64,000 nt of DNA from an uncultured Gemmatimonadota bacterium (GTDB taxonomy: Bacteria > JAAXHH01): the NCBI GenBank assembly GCA_951812955.1, contig OX638340.1:1472001-1536000 (forward strand), given 5' to 3'. The notes below the pieces were generated by a model. That model saw only the letters and a list, made by a program, of their open reading frames with translations, did not search any database and was not told where the DNA came from. Both the position numbers and the translations under genes were made by a program. The first letter of the stretch is position 1. Each line of letters begins with the position of its first letter. Positions 9,433 to 18,266 of the stretch are shown piece by piece.

Positions 9433-9947
9433 GAGCCAAACACCTCCTCGTACTTATCCTGCTCCAGGACCGTGATACTGAACCGGTCGATGGCGCCAAG
9501 CTGAAGTTCGTCCATGACGTTGACCATCTGCTCGTAGGGACTCGTGCGCTGAATCATCACCAGGGTCACCAGCTTGGATTCGCCGTCGTGCGTGTCGGCG
9601 TTCTCCACCTCCTTCTCCTTGATGAATTCCTGGACGTCCGCCAGTTCCATTTCCACCGGCGTCATGTCCCGGCCGATCTGCCAGAACATGCGGTCGTCGT
9701 CCAGCATGTAGATCAGCAGCACGTTCGATTCCGCGATCTCGACCTTGTCGTCCTTGTCGGGCGGAATGTTGAGCTCCATGGTCTGCGGCGCCCTGAATAC
9801 CGTGGTGACCATGAAGAAGATGAGCAGGAGGAATGCGATGTCCACCATGGGCGTCATGTCGATGAAAATCTGATCGCGGCCCTTTTTCTTTTTAGCGCCT
9901 TCCTTCTTTCTGTCGCTGGCTTTCTGAGTGCCCTGGACAGCTGCCAT
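9429..9947 (-). CDS. exbD: ExbD/TolR biopolymer transport protein
   Basis: MTPMVDIAFLLLIFFM is the ExbD TM motif. The gene overlaps the tonB start by 4 nt. Confidence 0.85.
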   Translation of the reverse strand: MAAVQGTQKASDRKKEGAKKKKGRDQIFIDMTPMVDIAFLLLIFFMVTTVFRAPQTMELNIPPDKDDKVEIAESNVLLIYMLDDDRMFWQIGRDMTPVEMELADVQEFIKEKEVENADTHDGESKLVTLVMIQRTSPYEQMVNVMDELQLGAIDRFSITVLEQDKYEEVFGS

Positions 9948-9953
9948 GTGTCA

Positions 9954-10439
9954 TCACCTCCTTACCAGGTCGTGGTTGACCGGCCTCAAGCTGGTCGGAC
10001 TGTCGTCCGAAGACTTGGTATCGTCCTCGAAGTTTGTCACCAGGTTGAACCGGGTGTTGTTCGTTTTCTGAAGGATCTCCATCATGTCGCTGATTACGCC
10101 GAACTCGGCATCTTTGTGCGCCTTGATGGCTATACGCAGGCGGGGGTTTCTTATGCGCGCCTCCACCAGTGCGTTCTCCATTTCCGCCAGCTCGATCCCT
10201 ACTTCGGGCTGTGGCTCCAGCCGCCAGAACAACCGGTTTTCCGGTTTCGGTCCTACGGTCAGGATCACGACGTCCGATTCGGGCAGCTTGATGGCCGAAT
10301 GGGACTCCGGAAGCTGGATGGGAATCGATTCCGGGGACTTGAACTGCGTCGTGGCCATGAAGAAGATGAGCAGCAGGAAGGCGATATCCACCATCGGCGT
10401 CATATCGATCATGACCGGCTTATGTTTTCCGTGCGCCAT
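9954..10439 (-). CDS. exbD: ExbD/TolR biopolymer transport protein (second paralog)
   Basis: It carries the same MTPMVDIAFLLLIFFM motif and is 161 aa. Confidence 0.85.
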   Translation of the reverse strand: MAHGKHKPVMIDMTPMVDIAFLLLIFFMATTQFKSPESIPIQLPESHSAIKLPESDVVILTVGPKPENRLFWRLEPQPEVGIELAEMENALVEARIRNPRLRIAIKAHKDAEFGVISDMMEILQKTNNTRFNLVTNFEDDTKSSDDSPTSLRPVNHDLVRR

Positions 10440-10465
10440 ATAAAAGACTCCTTAACGCAACCCGA

Positions 10466-11182
10466 TTAGGCCCGGCCAGTAAGAATAGCCAGGACTTCCT
10501 GTGCCACTTCGTCGACGGCGTAGGTGAACATGTCCACCTTGTTGACGAAGTAATTATACGCTACGATACCCATGATGGCCGCGGCCAGCCCGCCCGCCGT
10601 GTTGATCAGCGCTTCCGATATACCCAGAGCAAGCTGAATTGCGTCCGGCGCACCTTCATTAGCCATGGCGGCAAAGGCGCGGATCATACCGATCGTCGTA
10701 CCGAGCAGCCCCACCAGCGTGGCGATTGTGGCAATGGTCTGCAACGCGATCAGGTTACGTTCGAGCAACGGCGTCTCGAGGGCGTTGGCTTCTTCAAAAG
10801 CCCGCTTGATCTCCTGCACCTGTCTGTCGCTCGTCAGGTTCTCGTCGGCAATGGTCTGGAACCGCTCGAGACCGGCGCGAAGCACGTTGGCCATGGTACC
10901 CTGTTGCGAGTTGCACAGGTTGACCGCGCGGGTGACGTCGTTGTTGCGGATCGCGCCCATGGCGTCTTTGAGAAACTCCACCTGCGACCGCTTGCCGCGC
11001 GCTTTTTTCAGCGTCAGCGAACGCTCTATGATGAAAGTGATGTCAAGCATGGTGAGCACCATGAGACCGATGACCACGGGTCCGCCGTCCTTTACGAACT
11101 GTGGCAGAAAGTACTCGAAAATGATCCATGAAACAATAAAGCAAAGGACGATGATGATCATGATAAAGGCGCCTGGCCGCAT
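10466..11182 (-). CDS. exbB: MotA/TolQ/ExbB proton channel
   Basis: 238 aa with three TM helices and TIGMIRAFAAMA / LINTAGGLAAAI motifs. Confidence 0.85.
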   Translation of the reverse strand: MRPGAFIMIIIVLCFIVSWIIFEYFLPQFVKDGGPVVIGLMVLTMLDITFIIERSLTLKKARGKRSQVEFLKDAMGAIRNNDVTRAVNLCNSQQGTMANVLRAGLERFQTIADENLTSDRQVQEIKRAFEEANALETPLLERNLIALQTIATIATLVGLLGTTIGMIRAFAAMANEGAPDAIQLALGISEALINTAGGLAAAIMGIVAYNYFVNKVDMFTYAVDEVAQEVLAILTGRA

Positions 11183-11458
11183 ATCAAATTCTCCTTAAAC
11201 TTTGTTGCGTTACGAATAGTGAATTAAAAACCAAGACAATCATCTCACCGTGATATAATCCCTGCCGGACAAACCCGGTACTGCTCATCCTGAAAGTGTC
11301 CTGTTCGAGTCGGCGGGACAAACGCCTTCCTTCACCACCACCTTTCCATCCGTGTCCTGTGTGTCGCCTGTAAACAGGCCTGGATCATGTAATTTGCAAT
11401 CCGGAACTTCCCCGCCGTTCACGCGTGCCGGACCTGCCCGCGGACGAACGATCGTTCC

Positions 11459-13477
11459 TCAGCCTCCCTGCAGCTGTTCGTAGATCTCGCGCACGTTGTT
11501 CAACTGCTCCCGCGCCGTGCCGTTATTGGGGTCCAGCCGCAGGCATTCCCGGTAATGGCGGATCGCCGGCGCAAGCTGTTGCGAATTCGTATAGGCCTGG
11601 GCGAGAAGAAGATGATAGGACGATTCGTCCGGTTTCAGTTCAACGGCTTTCCGCAGGCGGCCGATAGCGCCGGCGTAATCCTTGTTCAACACCCGGTCGA
11701 AACCCAGGCGGTAGTATGCCTCGTGGTCCGTAGGATCGATCTCCAGCACCCGGCGGAACGTCGTGCGCGCGTTGGCGAAATCCTCCAGGATGAGGTAGGC
11801 CGTTCCCAGGTATTTCAACGGTTGGAGAATGGTCGTCGGATCCGTCTCGCCTTCTTCGGCCCGCAGGTTCAGGGACTGGAGGAGCGCGTCCCGGGCCACC
11901 GTGCCGTCGTTGGCCACCAATCCCGTGATGCCCATGTTCAGATAGGCGGAATAGTTCGTGCTGTCATGGGCGACCTTGGCACGGTACATATCCAGCGAAG
12001 CGGCAAAGATCGCCTGCCGCTGGTCTCTCTCCACCTCGCGGGATTCGACGTAAAGCTCCCTGCCGAGGTTGTAGTATACGTTACTCAGTGTGATCCTTTC
12101 GCGCTCGTCCGCCGCCGCCTGCAACGCCGGTTCCAGCACGGCTTTTACGGCCGATACGGCCTGCGCGTACTGGCCCTGCTTGATGAACGAACGTCCGTAG
12201 TACGCGTAAGGATTCTGGTCGGTGGGATTGACCCTGATGGCCTCTTCAAGATACGGAATGGCATCGGCGAACTTTTCCTGGTCGAATAAGACAAGCGCCA
12301 GTTGGATGTAGGGCTTCTCTGACGTCCCGTCCAATTCTATGGATTTCTTCAGATTGTCGATGCCTTCGTCGTACTGGCCCACTTCCGGTTGCGTCTGTAC
12401 CCAGCCCAGGCTGAAATGCAGCGCCGCGTTGCCCTCGTTCTGCATCAGGGCTTCCCTGTAGGCGTTGACCGCATCCATGTACCGGCCTTCGGCGACCAAC
12501 CCGTCGCCCATCGGCAGATAGGCCTTGACCTTGCCCGGGTCCAGTTCGACGGTCTTCATGTAGTGGGGTACGGCCATCTTTATCCGCTGGGTCTTGTTGA
12601 ACGACTCGGCCAGCATGAAATAGGCTTCGGCGTTGGTCTGGTCCAGTGCCACGTATTGTTCGATCGGCTCGACGACGAGGGGATAGCGCTCTGCGACGAA
12701 CTGGATATAGCCCTGCTGGTACCAGGCGTCCTTCAGGGTGGGATCGAGTTCGGTCGCTTTACGGAACCCGTCGTAGGACTCGTTCCACTGCCGCGCCTTG
12801 AAATGCAACTGGCCGATCCGGTAGTAGATCATGGCGGCGTCGGGGGAATCGGGCTCCATGGCGAGGGCCTGACGGTAGTTGGTGATCGCCAGCCCCCACA
12901 CGTTCTGGGCCTCGTAGACGTCACCGAGCCCGCGCACGTAAAGCGAGTTCTGCGGATCAATGCTCTGCGCGCGGGTGAAGAGTACCATGGCGCTCTGGAG
13001 ATCTTCCCGGGCGATGGCGAGCTGGCCGTCGGCGTAGAAAAATCTCGCGTCTTTCTCCTTGGTGCGCTTGAGCCCCTCCCTGATCGACTTCTCCGCTTCC
13101 TCGAACTGCCCCTTCCTGATCTCCTGCAAGCTCAATTCGAAGCGGGCGTCGTGATTCTTCTTCTGCTGGTCGACGGCGATCAGAAATTCGGAATGCGCTT
13201 CGTCGAGGCGTCCCTGCCGTTTGAGCGCCATACCGAGCAGGTAATGGGCTTCGTGGTTCTTCTTTCCGTTGCTGAGCACGTCCCGGAGTATGGTAACGGC
13301 TTCGTCGTAATTCCCGCCGTCGTAGGCTGCCTGGGCGGCGTCCACACTCTGCGCGTTCACGGCCGCCGGCGCGCCGGCCAGACCGACTAGCAGCAGCAAG
13401 CCAAGTACGAGCGAGGCACCCCGGTCTTTCCTGCGGTTCTCACCTGCGATCCACATGTTCGATTCCTCCCGATGCAC
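11459..13477 (-). CDS. secreted tetratricopeptide (TPR) repeat protein
   Basis: Signal peptide LVLGLLLLVGLAGAPAAVNAQ, then multiple TPR units with the W-LG-Y-A-P pattern. A likely start is the MWIAG methionine at 13456. Confidence 0.8.
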   Translation of the reverse strand: MHREESNMWIAGENRRKDRGASLVLGLLLLVGLAGAPAAVNAQSVDAAQAAYDGGNYDEAVTILRDVLSNGKKNHEAHYLLGMALKRQGRLDEAHSEFLIAVDQQKKNHDARFELSLQEIRKGQFEEAEKSIREGLKRTKEKDARFFYADGQLAIAREDLQSAMVLFTRAQSIDPQNSLYVRGLGDVYEAQNVWGLAITNYRQALAMEPDSPDAAMIYYRIGQLHFKARQWNESYDGFRKATELDPTLKDAWYQQGYIQFVAERYPLVVEPIEQYVALDQTNAEAYFMLAESFNKTQRIKMAVPHYMKTVELDPGKVKAYLPMGDGLVAEGRYMDAVNAYREALMQNEGNAALHFSLGWVQTQPEVGQYDEGIDNLKKSIELDGTSEKPYIQLALVLFDQEKFADAIPYLEEAIRVNPTDQNPYAYYGRSFIKQGQYAQAVSAVKAVLEPALQAAADERERITLSNVYYNLGRELYVESREVERDQRQAIFAASLDMYRAKVAHDSTNYSAYLNMGITGLVANDGTVARDALLQSLNLRAEEGETDPTTILQPLKYLGTAYLILEDFANARTTFRRVLEIDPTDHEAYYRLGFDRVLNKDYAGAIGRLRKAVELKPDESSYHLLLAQAYTNSQQLAPAIRHYRECLRLDPNNGTAREQLNNVREIYEQLQGG

Positions 13478-13645
13478 TGAAAGTCTCGTTTTCAGGGCCT
13501 CATTGTCCGTTTGCTTTCGGCAATTTGTTATTCAGTAAAGTGCTCTTAATGAATCTGAACGCTCGAGCGCATGCGTGCTTGAGCCCTTATCCAATTACAT
13601 CCAAATCTATTCAAAACCGGCAGTTACCCGGTATGCAATGACTCA

Positions 13646-14578
13646 TTAGTCCAGTTTGACCGTTCGGACCGGCATGGTCGCCGGCACGACGCCCTGGTCT
13701 ATGGCGATCTGCTGTCCCTTGACCGCCGTGAGAAAGGTTACGAATCCGGATACCAGGTTGACTTCCAGCGACGACCTCTTGAAGTAACACAGTACCAGGG
13801 GCCGCCGAAGCGGATACAACTTCTTGCCCTGTTTGTCCGGTTCATCAAGGAGCTTGTGCTGCGTGGGCAGCAAATAAGGTCCGCCTTCCTCTTCCGCGAT
13901 CCGGATCGTCTTGTAATACGCCATCGTTTCGACGTCGGTCGTAATCAGAAGCCCAGTAATCCCGATCGTGCCCGGATACGCTCCCACGATACCCGCCAGG
14001 GCGGCCATCGTGCTGCAGGGATATACGCTGGCGCCGTACTCCGCGCCGTCGAGCACCATTTCCTTGAAAACCTCGTACGTGCCCGAATTACGGTCACGGA
14101 CCAGGGGGCGGATCGCCATGTCCGCTCCACCGACTTCCCGCCAGTTCCTGATCTTTCCCGTGTAAATGTCCTTCAGTTGCCCCACGGTCAGATCATCGAC
14201 GGGATTGTCGCCGTGGAGGATAACCGCCAGCGCGTCGTGGGCGACCGTGCGGGTTATGAAGTCCGGCTCCCCGGCAGAAAGTGCTTCGACCTCGGATTCG
14301 TTAGGCTCGCGGGACATGACCGCCAGCCGGCTTCTTCCCTCGGCGAGATCGACCAGTGCCTCGCGGGAGGTCGTCTTGCCTACGTCGATAAAGGACTCGT
14401 TATAGATCTGCTCGTACTTGACGGCCGAACTTTCAATGTACGGAAATGCTACCTCCGCGCTGGACACCTTGAGGTAACCCCGGGTAGCCGTTTCGTTCGG
14501 CTCACCGCAGCCCGTCATGAAAAAGAGAAGGGCCGCGCACATGCACGCTAGTCGGATTTGGACCCCGTGCCTCGCCAT
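13646..14578 (-). CDS. PstS-family phosphate-binding lipoprotein (PBP superfamily)
   Basis: Lipobox FFMTGCG, plus LTVGQLKDIYTGKIRNWREVGG as in PstS. No pstCAB genes lie adjacent. Confidence 0.75.
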   Translation of the reverse strand: MARHGVQIRLACMCAALLFFMTGCGEPNETATRGYLKVSSAEVAFPYIESSAVKYEQIYNESFIDVGKTTSREALVDLAEGRSRLAVMSREPNESEVEALSAGEPDFITRTVAHDALAVILHGDNPVDDLTVGQLKDIYTGKIRNWREVGGADMAIRPLVRDRNSGTYEVFKEMVLDGAEYGASVYPCSTMAALAGIVGAYPGTIGITGLLITTDVETMAYYKTIRIAEEEGGPYLLPTQHKLLDEPDKQGKKLYPLRRPLVLCYFKRSSLEVNLVSGFVTFLTAVKGQQIAIDQGVVPATMPVRTVKLD

Positions 14579-14811
14579 GAATCATCCTCAAGGATCGAGC
14601 GGGTCTCCTCGGCCTTCTTCTCCGCGTAGTAGGCGGACACGAACCGAAAGACGCCGTACAGAATGAGTACACTGCCGAATACCAGTCTCAGCTGTTCCGT
14701 CTGAATGAACACCCGCAGGAGTTGGCCGGTCAGAACCAGCACCCCGGATACGCACATGGCCAACGCGACCAGGTAGCCGAGAAACTGCCGAAATGACGTA
14801 ATACGGATCAT
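14548..14811 (-). CDS. hypothetical small membrane protein
   Basis: 87 aa with two predicted TM helices. It overlaps the pstS-like start by about 30 nt and is only weakly supported. Confidence 0.3.
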   Translation of the reverse strand: MIRITSFRQFLGYLVALAMCVSGVLVLTGQLLRVFIQTEQLRLVFGSVLILYGVFRFVSAYYAEKKAEETRSILEDDSWRGTGSKSD

Positions 14812-15170
14812 ACGCGGGTGAGACGGAATCCACCGTGCGGGCGCTAACAGACATGGTTTTTCAAAGCTTCACCGGATGGTTCGATCGCCGAATCCCACCT
14901 CGTTCAGCCCCAGGTGAAACGACTTCGATCCAACTCGGACAAGCCGGAGAATGCTGGAATCCAATGGCCATAGTTCACTGAAGTTTCGATTCTAACTAAA
15001 TAAGAACGGCAAACCCTGGTTGTCAAGGAAAAGTTACGGTCCACGCGTGATCATCAGGACGCGGTCAGATGACGGTTTCGTGAAGAATCAGGACCGCCGG
15101 CAATGCCCGGCAGAAGCCGCGCCGCACGGCGCGTCTTGTGGAGGCTCGGTCGCGGCAGTCGCAGGCCCGG

Positions 15171-15653
15171 TCACGGCCGGCCGTCTTCGCCTCTCTCACA
15201 CAGTTCGATCAACACGCCTCCCGTGCTCCGGGGGTGAACGAAGGCGACACGGACGCCGCCCGCCCCGATTCGCGGCTCTTCATCGATCAAACGGTATCCA
15301 CGGCCGCTCAGATTCTTCAGCGATTCCTCCACGTCGTCGACTTCAAGTGCTATATGATGGACGCCTTCCCCGCGCTTTTCGATGAAGCGGGCCACCGGAC
15401 TCTCCGGGTCCGTCGCCTGCAGGAGTTCCACCTCGGTGTCGCCCGCGTCGAGGAAGGCCACGGTGACGCGGTCGCTTTCCACAGTCTCGCGGCCGTGCAA
15501 TGGCAGCCCGAGGGCTTCGTGGTAGAGGCGGAGCGCCTCTTCAAGGTCGCGCACGGCGATCCCGATGTGTGCAATGCGCGCAGACTGTGCGGCCAGTGCG
15601 GACTGTGCGGACTGTGCGGACCGTGTGGATCTTCGCGGTAGTTCGCTCGACAT
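15171..15653 (-). CDS. mce: methylmalonyl-CoA epimerase (VOC/glyoxalase fold)
   Basis: IAHIGIAVRDLEEALRLYHEALGL ... GEGVHHIALEVDD. ATG at 15653 is preceded by a perfect AAGGAGG ribosome-binding site; the track ORF starts further up at TTG 15674. The N-terminus carries an in-frame (SAQ)n repeat. Confidence 0.8.
   Translation of the reverse strand: MSSELPRRSTRSAQSAQSALAAQSARIAHIGIAVRDLEEALRLYHEALGLPLHGRETVESDRVTVAFLDAGDTEVELLQATDPESPVARFIEKRGEGVHHIALEVDDVEESLKNLSGRGYRLIDEEPRIGAGGVRVAFVHPRSTGGVLIELCERGEDGRP
15581..15625. repeat. 9-bp microsatellite (CGGACTGTG-like) x5, in frame inside the mce 5' coding region
   Basis: cagactgtg cggccagtg cggactgtg cggactgtg cggaccgtg. It encodes SAQSAQSALAAQSAR. 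Confidence 0.75.
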
Positions 15654-15672
15654 GGACTTCCGTACCTCCTTC

Positions 15673-15772
15673 AAGCGGCCGGATGGGGCGGCGTCGCGGG
15701 CGTATCTGATGCCGTCAAGCGGCCGGATGGAGCGGCGTCGCGGGCGTATCTGATGCCGTCAAGCGGCCCGGC
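15673..15772. repeat. 44-bp tandem duplication (2.3 copies) in the mutB-mce spacer
   Basis: caagcggccggatgg[g/a]gcggcgtcgcgggcgtatctgatgccgt occurs twice, then a partial third copy. Confidence 0.8.
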
Positions 15773-15808
15773 GTCATGGGCTGCGCTTCGGGCGACCACG
15801 TGGAATGT

Positions 15809-17482
15809 TCAGAAACGCTCGGGTCTGCGGTATTCGCCGAAGACGCCGCGGAGCGTATCGCAGATCTCTCCCAGGGTTGCCCGTTCACGAACGGCGTCGA
15901 TGATAAGCGGCATCAGATTTTCTCCGGTACCGGCCGCCGATTCCAGCGCGTCGAGCGCTCGCGCCGCGCCGCGCCCGTCCCGCGTCTGTTTGAACGCCCG
16001 GACCCTTTCGATCTGCCTGGCCTCGATGGCGGGGTCGATGGGAAATGGCACCGGTCCCTCTTCCTCGGCGTCCGTGAAGCGGTTCACTCCGACGATGACC
16101 TGTTCTTCCCGTTCGATGGCCATCTGGTACGCATAGGCGCTGCGGCTGATTTCCTCCTGGGGGTAGCCCGCTTCGATAGCGCCCAGGGCGCCTCCCAGTT
16201 CGTCTATACGCTCCAGGTATGCCGTCGCCGCATTCTCGATTTCGCCGGTCAGTTTCTCCACAAAGTAGGATCCCGCAAAGGGGTCGACCGTGTCGGCCGC
16301 CCCGGTCTCGTGCGCGATGACCTGCTGTGTCCTCAGCGCCAGCGTCGCCGCCGATTCGGACGGCAGGGCAAGCGCTTCGTCGAGACTGTTGGTATGGAGG
16401 GATTGCGTGCCCCCGCACACCGCCGCCAGGGCCTGAAGCGCCACCCGCACGACGTTGTTCTCCGGTTGCTGCGCGGTCAGCGTTGATCCGCCGGTCTGGG
16501 TATGAAACCTGAGCTGCCATGACCGGGGATTTCTGGCCCCTACCCGTTCCCGCATGAGCCGGGCCCAGAGCCTCCGTGCCGCGCGGAACTTGGCCACCTC
16601 TTCAAAGAACTGGTTGTGGGCGTTGAAGAAGAAAGAAAGCTGCGGGGCGAACGCGTCGACGTCGACTCCGGCGTCCATTACCGCCTTAACGTATCCCAGC
16701 CCGTTGGCGAGGGTGAAGGCGACCTCCTGCACTGCGGTAGCGCCCGCTTCACGGATGTGATACCCGCTGATGCTGATGGGGTTCCACTTCGGCATGCTGC
16801 CCGCGCAGAAACGGATCAGGTCGGTGGCTAGGCGCAGTGAGGGTCCCGGCGGGTAGATGAAGGTGCCCCGGGCTATGTATTCTTTCAGGATGTCGTTCTG
16901 AACTGTGCCCGCGAGACGCTCCAGCGGGACACCGCGCTCCTCCGCCACAACCGCGTAGAGCGCCACCAGTACCGTGGCCGTGGCGTTGATGGTGAGCGAA
17001 GTGCTGACGGACTCCTGCGGGATTTCATCGAACAGGGTCCGCATGTCGTCGATGGTGGAGATCGCCACGCCCGTGCGTCCCACCTCGCCGGCCACCATGG
17101 GATGATCGGAATCGTAGCCGATCTGGGTGGGCAGGTCGAAGGCCACCGAAAGTCCGGTCTGTCCCTGGGAGAGCAGGTACCGGTAGCGGGCGTTGGTCTC
17201 TTCGGCCGAACCGAATCCCGCGTACTGACGCATCGTCCAGAGCCGGCCTCGGTACATGGTCGGGCGGATTCCCCGCGTAAAGGGGTACTGGCCGGGCAAT
17301 CCGATATCGGCATCCGGATCGATGTCCGAGGTGTCCTCGGGCGTGTACAGCCTCTTCACGGGAATGCCGGAGCCGGTCTCGAACCGTTCGCGGCGTTCGG
17401 GCAGCCGCTCCAGCGCCGGCTTAAGCTTATTCTCTTCCCATTTCTTCCGGGCTGTTTCCAGAGTTTCCTTGCCAGCATCCAT
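15809..17482 (-). CDS. methylmalonyl-CoA mutase, catalytic (N-terminal) subunit without the B12-binding domain
   Basis: 557 aa. It carries MCM catalytic-domain motifs ([42 protein letters not shown]). It ends where the roughly 140-aa cobalamin-binding module would normally follow. Confidence 0.9.
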   Translation of the reverse strand: MDAGKETLETARKKWEENKLKPALERLPERRERFETGSGIPVKRLYTPEDTSDIDPDADIGLPGQYPFTRGIRPTMYRGRLWTMRQYAGFGSAEETNARYRYLLSQGQTGLSVAFDLPTQIGYDSDHPMVAGEVGRTGVAISTIDDMRTLFDEIPQESVSTSLTINATATVLVALYAVVAEERGVPLERLAGTVQNDILKEYIARGTFIYPPGPSLRLATDLIRFCAGSMPKWNPISISGYHIREAGATAVQEVAFTLANGLGYVKAVMDAGVDVDAFAPQLSFFFNAHNQFFEEVAKFRAARRLWARLMRERVGARNPRSWQLRFHTQTGGSTLTAQQPENNVVRVALQALAAVCGGTQSLHTNSLDEALALPSESAATLALRTQQVIAHETGAADTVDPFAGSYFVEKLTGEIENAATAYLERIDELGGALGAIEAGYPQEEISRSAYAYQMAIEREEQVIVGVNRFTDAEEEGPVPFPIDPAIEARQIERVRAFKQTRDGRGAARALDALESAAGTGENLMPLIIDAVRERATLGEICDTLRGVFGEYRRPERF

Positions 17483-17560
17483 GACCGGTGAATCCGCGTT
17501 GTCTCAGGGTAGAAGAGTTGATGTCCGGGCCCTGAAATCTACACCGGATCCACCCGCAAG

Positions 17561-17680
17561 TCAACGTGTTTGGGGGGGGGCGGTGCGACCGGGTTTGGGG
17601 GGCGGCGCGCACGGGTTTGGGGGCAGCCCACCCGGGTATGGGCGGCGCGACCGGGTTTGGGGGGCGCCGCGCACGCGTCG
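17561..17680. repeat. G-rich degenerate tandem repeats (GGGTTTGGGGGGCGGCGCGCAC-like, four units) with G5-G9 runs
   Basis: Seen in the sequence between the HD-gene stop and the mutase start. The runs are C-rich on the coding (minus) strand. Confidence 0.7.
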
Positions 17681-17687
17681 TATGCCC

Positions 17688-18248
17688 CTACGACCCTGCG
17701 AGGCCCAACGCGTCCGCCTCGCCCTGCATGGCCTCGATGACGTTGGCGATGTGTTCGCCCAGATCGAGGCCCAGGCTCTCGGCTCCTTCGACGATGTCCT
17801 CGCGGGAAACGGCGCGGGCGAAGGCGACCGCCTTCATCTTCTTCCGCACGGATTTCACTTTCACTTCGTGCACGCTTCCGGAAGGCCGAACGAGCGCGAC
17901 GGCGGTGATGAATCCAACGAGTTCGTCCACGGCGAAAAGCGTCTTGTCCATCAGACTGCGCCGCTCGAGACCGAGGTAGGTGGCATGGGACTTGATGGCG
18001 TAGATTACGTCCTCGGGGTAACCCTCTTCCTCCAGGATCTTTGCCCCGCGCATGGGATGGTCCTTTGGATCGGGCGTGGCTTCGTAGTCGAAATCGTGCA
18101 ACAGGCCCACGTTGCCCCATTTCTCCTCGTCCTCGCCGTATTTCCTGGCGTAGTGCCGCATGGCGGCCTCCACCCCCAGGGCGTGTTTCTGCAGGCTGTC
18201 CGTCTTCGTATGCTCATGGAGCAAAGTCAGCGCGTCGTCGCGATTCAA
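17688..18248 (-). CDS. HD-domain phosphohydrolase
   Basis: GLLHDFDY ... HAT motifs in a 186-aa protein. Confidence 0.75.
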   Translation of the reverse strand: MNRDDALTLLHEHTKTDSLQKHALGVEAAMRHYARKYGEDEEKWGNVGLLHDFDYEATPDPKDHPMRGAKILEEEGYPEDVIYAIKSHATYLGLERRSLMDKTLFAVDELVGFITAVALVRPSGSVHEVKVKSVRKKMKAVAFARAVSREDIVEGAESLGLDLGEHIANVIEAMQGEADALGLAGS

Positions 18249-18266
18249 TTCGTTTCCCTTCCCTTC

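Noticed and set aside
12389-13390. 333-aa plus-strand ORF, and 11555-12289
   Set aside because: These are antisense to the TPR protein gene. High GC gives long spurious open frames.
15020-15385. 121-aa plus-strand ORF, with 15138-15641 and 15500-15753
   Set aside because: They are Arg-rich, overlap the epimerase gene in antisense, and the repeat region generates low-complexity frames.
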